NCBI GenBank assembly: GCA_963842525.1
Contig: CAWJGT010000009.1
Location: 1,760,001 to 1,824,000, forward strand
Length of the DNA stretch: 64,000 nt
Origin: an uncultured Holophagales bacterium
GTDB taxonomy: Bacteria; Acidobacteriota; Thermoanaerobaculia; Multivoradales; UBA5704
Direction of reading: 5' to 3'
In this document: positions 61,356 to 64,000 of the stretch, piece by piece
Layout of the letters: each line of letters starts with the position of its first letter
Position numbering within the stretch: the stretch's first letter is position 1
The notes under the pieces: generated by a model
The model's database searches: none
The model's input: the letters and a program-made list of their open reading frames with translations, nothing else
Told to the model about the DNA's origin: nothing
Translations under genes and position numbers: made by a program

Positions 61356-62159
61356 TCAGGGGGTGAGGGACACCTCGGTCCCCGGCACCTCCTCGCCGCG
61401 CAGCGCCCGCTCCAGAGCGCCGGGGGTGAGACCGTTGAGGATCAGCGACGGGATGCCCAACCGGGCGAGCGCGAGCGCCGTCTCCACCCGGTGGCGCATG
61501 CCGCCGGTCACGTCGGTCCCGGCGGCGGAGCCGATCGCGCTGATGGCCTTACCGGCCCCATCTGCTGAGATCCGCGGGATCGTCCGGCCCGCCTCGTCCC
61601 AGACACCGTCGGTCTCTCCCAGCCAGAGGGCGCGGCGAATGGAGATCCCCATCCCGGGCAGCGTGCGGGCGAGCAGCTCGAACAGCCGCTCGGTCGAGCA
61701 GATCGAAGCGCCCCAGGCGCGGTCCATCACCACATCGCCGTAGAGCACCGGCAGGAGCCCCTGCGCCAGGGCGAGGCGCAGAGGCTCGGCGTCGAGGGAG
61801 ACCGGCCGGCCGGCCTCGGCGACCACGCAGCTCGACGGAGCGATGGAGAAGGGGAGCGCGCCGGCTTCGACGAGACCAGCCACCATCAGCCGGTGGAGCA
61901 CCGCGGCACGCTCCTGGGTCACGGAGATTCCGGGGACCTGGTCCGGCGAGAGGGCCCCTTTGGCGAGGCCGTAGCGGTGGGCCGCGACGTGACCGTACGA
62001 GCCGCTGCCATGGGCCACGATCAGGAGCTCCGCGAGGCCCGGCGCGGTGCGCGCGATCTCGTTGGCCAGCCGGGCGATCACCTCCGACCGCGGCGTCTCC
62101 GGCCGCGTTTTGTCGGTGATCAGGCTGCCGCCGAGCTTGACGAGGATGGCGTCTGGCAT
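61356..62159 (-). CDS. ipk: Isopentenyl phosphate kinase (amino-acid kinase fold)
   Basis: LVKLGGSLITDK, AHGSGSYGH (signature His), LYGD, DVTGGM; inside a mevalonate operon. Confidence 0.85.
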   Translation of the reverse strand: MPDAILVKLGGSLITDKTRPETPRSEVIARLANEIARTAPGLAELLIVAHGSGSYGHVAAHRYGLAKGALSPDQVPGISVTQERAAVLHRLMVAGLVEAGALPFSIAPSSCVVAEAGRPVSLDAEPLRLALAQGLLPVLYGDVVMDRAWGASICSTERLFELLARTLPGMGISIRRALWLGETDGVWDEAGRTIPRISADGAGKAISAIGSAAGTDVTGGMRHRVETALALARLGIPSLILNGLTPGALERALRGEEVPGTEVSLTP

Positions 62160-63172
62160 CAGAACAGGTGCTGGGTCTCGACCTCCGGGCCGTCGCCGAC
62201 GCCGTCGCGGATGACGAAGCCGACGGCGGGGAGGTCTTCCAGCCGTTCGGCGACCTGGTCTTCGGAGTCGGGGTCGCAGAGGACGTGGATGTTGGCGCCC
62301 GCGTCCATGGTCGCCCAGGCGGCGAGCCCCTCCTGGCGCAGCTCGCGGACGGCGCGCAGGACCGCGACCGTGCCGGGGCTCCAGTAGAAGATCGGCGGCC
62401 GCGAGGACATGGCGATCAGATGGAGGTCGATCGCCTCCTCTTCGAGGACCGGGCCCAGCATCTCGAGGTCGGCGTGCTCGATGGCCCGCCGGACCCGCTC
62501 CAGGCGCTCGGGCAGGAGCTCCAGGCGTTTGGTGTAGTAGGGACTGGTGTGGGCGCGCTGGTGCCCATCGTGCGACGAGACCACCTTGGGTCCGATCTCG
62601 ACGACGGCGATCACGTCGCGGAGGTCCCAGTGGGCGGCGTCGGCGAGCTGGACCGCATAGCTCTCCTCCTCCGTCTCGTTGCCGTTGGTCCTGTCGACCG
62701 GCCATTCGACGTAGCCGCCGAAGATCGAGCGGGCCGCCGAGCCGGAGCCGCTGCTGCGGGCGAGGCGCGACAGCTCCTCGGGCGGGACGTCCCCCTTGCC
62801 GAGGACCTTGGCGACCGCGAGCGTCAGGGCGGCGAACCCGGAGGCCGACGAGGCGAGACCGGCGGCGGTGGGGAAGCTGTTGCGCGTCGCCACCCGGAAC
62901 CGCTCATCGCGGCCGGCCCACTGCCGAATGCGGTCGAGGTGCTGGTCGACCCGCCGGCCGAACTCCGGATCGGGCGAGCCGAAGCCGTCCGGCTCCTTGA
63001 TCCAGACCTCGTCGCGTCCCGAGTCGAGGATCTCGACGGTGCACTTGCTCACGCACTCTTCCAGGGTCATGGAGATCGACGGGTTCATGGGGAGCGCCTT
63101 TTCGAGGTCGCGAGCCCCCCAGTACTTGATGAAGGCGATGTTTGCCGGTGCGGAGACGGTGACCTTGCTCAT
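62159..63172 (-). CDS. mvaD: Diphospho-/phosphomevalonate decarboxylase
   Basis: ANIAFIKYWG, NSFPTAAGLASSASG, GSGSAARS, TMDAGAN. Confidence 0.9.
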   Translation of the reverse strand: MSKVTVSAPANIAFIKYWGARDLEKALPMNPSISMTLEECVSKCTVEILDSGRDEVWIKEPDGFGSPDPEFGRRVDQHLDRIRQWAGRDERFRVATRNSFPTAAGLASSASGFAALTLAVAKVLGKGDVPPEELSRLARSSGSGSAARSIFGGYVEWPVDRTNGNETEEESYAVQLADAAHWDLRDVIAVVEIGPKVVSSHDGHQRAHTSPYYTKRLELLPERLERVRRAIEHADLEMLGPVLEEEAIDLHLIAMSSRPPIFYWSPGTVAVLRAVRELRQEGLAAWATMDAGANIHVLCDPDSEDQVAERLEDLPAVGFVIRDGVGDGPEVETQHLF

Positions 63173-64000
63173 CCGAAAGCCTCCTCCTGAAGGAACCCCG
63201 GGGCTCCCAGGTGGACAGAGTAAAAACGAAAAAATCGCAAAAACTTCCACTCCGCGATCCGCTCGGGATCGGGATGATAAACCAACAGAGAGCCCGCCCC
63301 CGGGCCCGCGAGCGAGCCGGCGCCGGAGATTTTTGCCGCTCCTCCCTCGGCTTCCACCCGGCGGACGGCGCCGCGAACGGCCTCGGGGACGACACCGATC
63401 TCCTCGAGGCAGGCCTCGTAGGCCCGAATCTGATGCAAGGTCCGGTCCGGGTCCTCCGTCTCCCGTTCGAGCTCGGCGCGGAAGGCCCGGGTCGCCGCCT
63501 CCATCCTCTCGAGCAGGCGCTCGTGCCGATCCGGCTCCCGGTCGCGGCGGTCGCGCACCGCGGCGACCACGGCGCCGGTGGGCTCGGCGGGCGTCCCTGT
63601 GTCATAGACCCGCAAACGAGACAGCAGGGGTGAGCCCGCGGCGACCGGCTCGGTCTCGACCCCCCCTTCGGCCCGGCGGCGCGCCCAGATCACCCCCCCA
63701 TGGAGCACTGTGGCGCCGTCGACACCCGAAGGCTGGCCGTGCTGCCGGCGCTCGACCTCCAGGGCCAGCCGCTCGATCCGAGAAAGGTCAGGTGTGGTGG
63801 AGAAGAAAGCGAGCGTGGCTGCAGTCACCGCCACGGCGGTCGCCGCCGAGCTGCCGAACCCGGAGCCGATGGGCAGGTCGGACTCGACCCTGAGGTCGAT
63901 GCCGTCTCCGACCTCTCCCGCCAGCTCCTCGGCAGTCTCGCCCAGCGCCACCTTGACCACGTGCGCCGGGTCCTCGCCGCGCACCCGGCGGAACGCCTCG
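63169..64000 (-). CDS. mvk: Mevalonate kinase (GHMP), 5'-partial at the window edge
   Basis: SDLPIGSGFGSSAA, HGQPSGVD, AKISGAG; ATGA overlap with the decarboxylase. Confidence 0.85.
   Translation of the reverse strand, partial: EAFRRVRGEDPAHVVKVALGETAEELAGEVGDGIDLRVESDLPIGSGFGSSAATAVAVTAATLAFFSTTPDLSRIERLALEVERRQHGQPSGVDGATVLHGGVIWARRRAEGGVETEPVAAGSPLLSRLRVYDTGTPAEPTGAVVAAVRDRRDREPDRHERLLERMEAATRAFRAELERETEDPDRTLHQIRAYEACLEEIGVVPEAVRGAVRRVEAEGGAAKISGAGSLAGPGAGSLLVYHPDPERIAEWKFLRFFRFYSVHLGAPGFLQEEAFG

Overview
GC-rich bacterial chromosomal segment. Gene content and repeat families suggest Acidobacteriota (Thermoanaerobaculia-like), which is an inference. Many genes carry single-base frameshifts, most likely long-read indel errors. 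Contents in order: a yehI/L/M/P/Q-type DUF4132-MoxR-VWA-SWIM operon; an IS1111-group IS110 element whose 3' non-coding end shows readable bridge-RNA guides, with its empty target site present 1 kb away; a VapBC pair; a TIR-STAND-TPR gene split by an IS1182; a signalling cluster (outer-membrane protein, cupredoxin-like protein, HAMP/pseudocyclase/Ser-Thr kinase, GAF-HD-GYP, FHA-GAF-adenylate cyclase) interrupted by a lower-GC island; peptidases; an unannotated 52-aa RiPP-like precursor; further TA/defence fragments; and a mevalonate kinase-decarboxylase-isopentenyl phosphate kinase-squalene synthase cluster. The most unusual pattern occurs three times: accessory cargo sits between a host gene and a diverged second copy of that gene's 3' end (mostly synonymous differences in the two longer cases), with no integrase in the window. 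Several nested palindromic (REP/MITE-like) families, a recurrent CATRSGCGCTAACYT junction motif and two 21-bp-period palindromic arrays accompany it. No rRNA, tRNA or CRISPR array was seen.
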